Positions 61,901 through 64,000 of a stretch of DNA of 64,000 nucleotides are shown here, in pieces. The notes beneath the pieces were generated by a model. The model was given only the letters and a program-made list of their open reading frames with translations. It was not told where the DNA came from and did not search any database. The DNA comes from Camelus ferus. Lineage: Eukaryota. Both the position numbers and the translations under genes were made by a program. The DNA lies in contig NC_045696.1 in NCBI RefSeq assembly GCF_009834535.1, positions 2,048,001-2,112,000 of the forward strand, read 5' to 3'. Positions within the stretch are counted from its first letter, which is position 1. Each line of letters starts with the position of its first letter.

Positions 61901-63739
61901 TAGGCAGTCATCAGATTCTAGCATGCGTCTAGGAGACTGACCCAGCAGGAGGACCTGCGTTCCGTACAGCTGTCCTGACTCAGCGCCATCGCAGCCCCGA
62001 GGACCCCGGAGATGCACGGGCTGTCCCAGAGAAACAGGCAGCGAGGGCCCAGGAAATTGTTCTGGCCCAGGTACCTCCCTGAGGGTAGGGTGCCCTTCCA
62101 AACCCGGAGTCCCTCCTGTGTGACCCCAGGGGTGGCCCTGTGGCAGGACACACTCCCCTGAACACTGAGCCTCACTGGGGCCCTCAGCACCCATCTCCTC
62201 CGGCACCAGATCTTTCACTAGCGAAGAAGACATGGCAGGTTGGCCTCCACCCCTGATTTTCTGGTTGGAAGCAGCAGAAAAGGGGGCTGAGCAGGAGGGA
62301 CGGCTGTCTTGGGGCTTGAAGACGGCATCCTGAGACCAGGAGCGTAGCCCCAGGCTTGTGTCCTGATGGCAGGGTCTCTGGAGGTGGCAGCTACCTCCCC
62401 ACTTTCCACAGGGTGGAGGGTACTTCCACGGCCCTCGGCTGGCCCAGTGGGTCAGGTTTCTTACAGCGTCCTGGGCAGGTGGGACCGACCATGCGATCAG
62501 AGACAGCATTGGAATTCTTTACCAGTGAGTGATCACAGTTTAAACAGTCTGTGGGGGAGCCATGTTCCAGAGGCTTCCTGGCCCTGTGTAGTGACTGAGC
62601 TGGGAGGGGCTGAGGAGCCCTCGGGGCAGGTGTACGGCCTGGGCGAGGGCAGACTCCAGGGACGGACAGCACTTGGAGTCCTTGTAAGTCTCTGATCTCT
62701 GGCATCAAGTCTGGGCCAGGTGGCTGATGGCAGGAGAACCTCATCCTCCAGATGTGTCCCTGGAAGGGCCTGAGATTTTACAAACAGGATGCACCTGCCT
62801 GGCAACAGGCGGCAGCCCCCCCCCACCCCGACCCCCAACCCCTGTTTAGGGCCACTGAGTGTCTCCTTGTACCCCGACACCCCGTGCGCTGCACAGCCTC
62901 CTGGTTCAGGGCCTGGAACCCCGTCCGCTCCTGCCCTGGGTGCGGAGGAGGGAGCAGGGCTGCGATTGCACTGGATCTTGCCCCTCCTGACGGAGCCCAC
63001 ACCCTGTGCTGTGAGACTCATCTTTCTGGAAGGCAGTCTGAGGGCTGTGCTGGACTCCTGGACTTCAGGAGTGTGATCTTGGGGGTCCAGCTCCAAGCCA
63101 ACCATTGGGGATCGCTTCAACCGCAGGCAGAGCCCAGTGCCAGCCCCATCCCACCTGTCACCCAATCCATCCATGTATTCTGCCCACTTTCCACAAAACA
63201 CGCCCCTCGGCATAGTGTTCCTGTGCATGTCACGTCCCCCCACTCACTGACGGAGCTGGAGCCCGGAGCAAGGGACATTGCCCACTTCCCTGAGCTGTCA
63301 CACGACCATTTGCTCTCTTCACCGAGTTTTGGGCCTTTGGGGAGCACTTTCTTCAAGTCCAGGGCTGTTCAGGGGGCCTAGACCACGTGTGCCCTCAGGC
63401 TTTACACCCCTGGGAGGAGGTGTGGGGAGGGGGGGCCCCGGTGCAGGCCTGTGGTTTCATCCCATCTCCTAATGGGGCTGTGTGGCCTCCCTGAGCTTCC
63501 CCCTCACTCTCTGGGGTGTGTGCACCTGTGTGTGTCCGTGGGCAGGGCCCGTGTGTGTGCCTGTAGGCGCGTGCTGGCCCATCCACACTCTGAATTCAGG
63601 ATGTACACTTGAAGATAAACCGCGTGGAGACGTGCGACCATCAGGAGGCCAGCCTTCCCGGGCCTCAGGAGGGCTGCGCTGAGCGGCCGGGCAGCAGCCG
63701 GGCGCGTCCGCTGGGGCGGCTCCCAGAGCACAAGGGACA

Positions 63740-64000
63740 CCACGCTTCTTTTAGCTCAGTTTATTTTCACAAGACAGACAGAGCAGACCCTGGAATAGCT
63801 CTTGGTTCTCACAAGAGATCTTTCCTCTATAAAGAAGAAAAAGGGTTCCTGGGTTTTCTCCACGGAATGAATTTGGTTTTACAAAAAAATAGTTTTTGAT
63901 ATATACATGCCTACTTTGGAAAACCTCATCCTCGATGGCTTTCAAGACCCGTTTTAGGTAGAGGGCCTCAGCCTTGTGCACCAACTGGTTTTCTCCCTTG
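63740..64000 (-). other. AGPAT3: Terminal 3'UTR of the upstream same-strand gene, probably AGPAT3
   Basis: 3'UTR-like AT-richer sequence with a poly(A) signal and TGTATATA. Identity is inferred only from the recalled AGPAT3-TRAPPC10 tandem synteny with about 25 kb spacing; no AGPAT3 CDS is in the window. Confidence 0.55.
63760..63765 (-). terminator. Polyadenylation signal AATAAA (cleavage about 63740-63748)
   Basis: Minus-strand AATAAA with upstream TGTA motifs and a downstream GT-rich element (gcgtggtgtcccttgtgc). Confidence 0.65.

Noticed and set aside
60780..63400. Several overlapping 200-250 aa ORFs on both strands
   Set aside because: GC-rich intergenic DNA with ORFs in many frames, no coherent protein or splice pattern.
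63751..63984. 77-aa minus-strand ORF at the right edge
   Set aside because: Non-ATG start, no resemblance to an acyltransferase, and it overlaps the poly(A) signal; it is 3'UTR-like sequence.
1..64000. CRISPR arrays, operons or other prokaryotic or phage systems
   Set aside because: The sequence is spliced mammalian genomic DNA with no repeat-spacer arrays or operon-like gene packing.

Overview
Mammalian genomic DNA, most likely a camelid: it carries three copies of a tRNA-derived SINE resembling the camelid Vic-1 family, plus cetartiodactyl-type L1 and LTR sequence. The window holds the 5' part of TRAPPC10 on the minus strand. The CpG-island promoter is at about 38.1 kb. Coding exons 1-7 (67+82+136+197+196+112+248 = 1038 nt, 346 codons) all have GT-AG junctions with consistent phases, and the gene continues off the left edge. 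About 25 kb of repeat-rich intergenic DNA follows. The right edge has a minus-strand 3'UTR end and poly(A) site, probably AGPAT3 by synteny. There is no prokaryotic-type system here, and most ORF-track entries are GC-rich noise or L1 debris. Best leads: (1) a frame-preserving 21-nt (or 15-nt) candidate microexon in TRAPPC10 intron 4 with SRRM4-type architecture; (2) four in-frame AUGs around the start codon, with a uORF separated from the CDS by one UGA-C stop and a poly-Arg uORF through a (GGC)n repeat; (3) an apparent ORF1-only L1 retrocopy; (4) local GC/CpG-ward rewriting of old L1 fossils, suggestive of GC-biased gene conversion. Repeat family names come from recalled consensus sequences, not from a search, and repeat boundaries are approximate.
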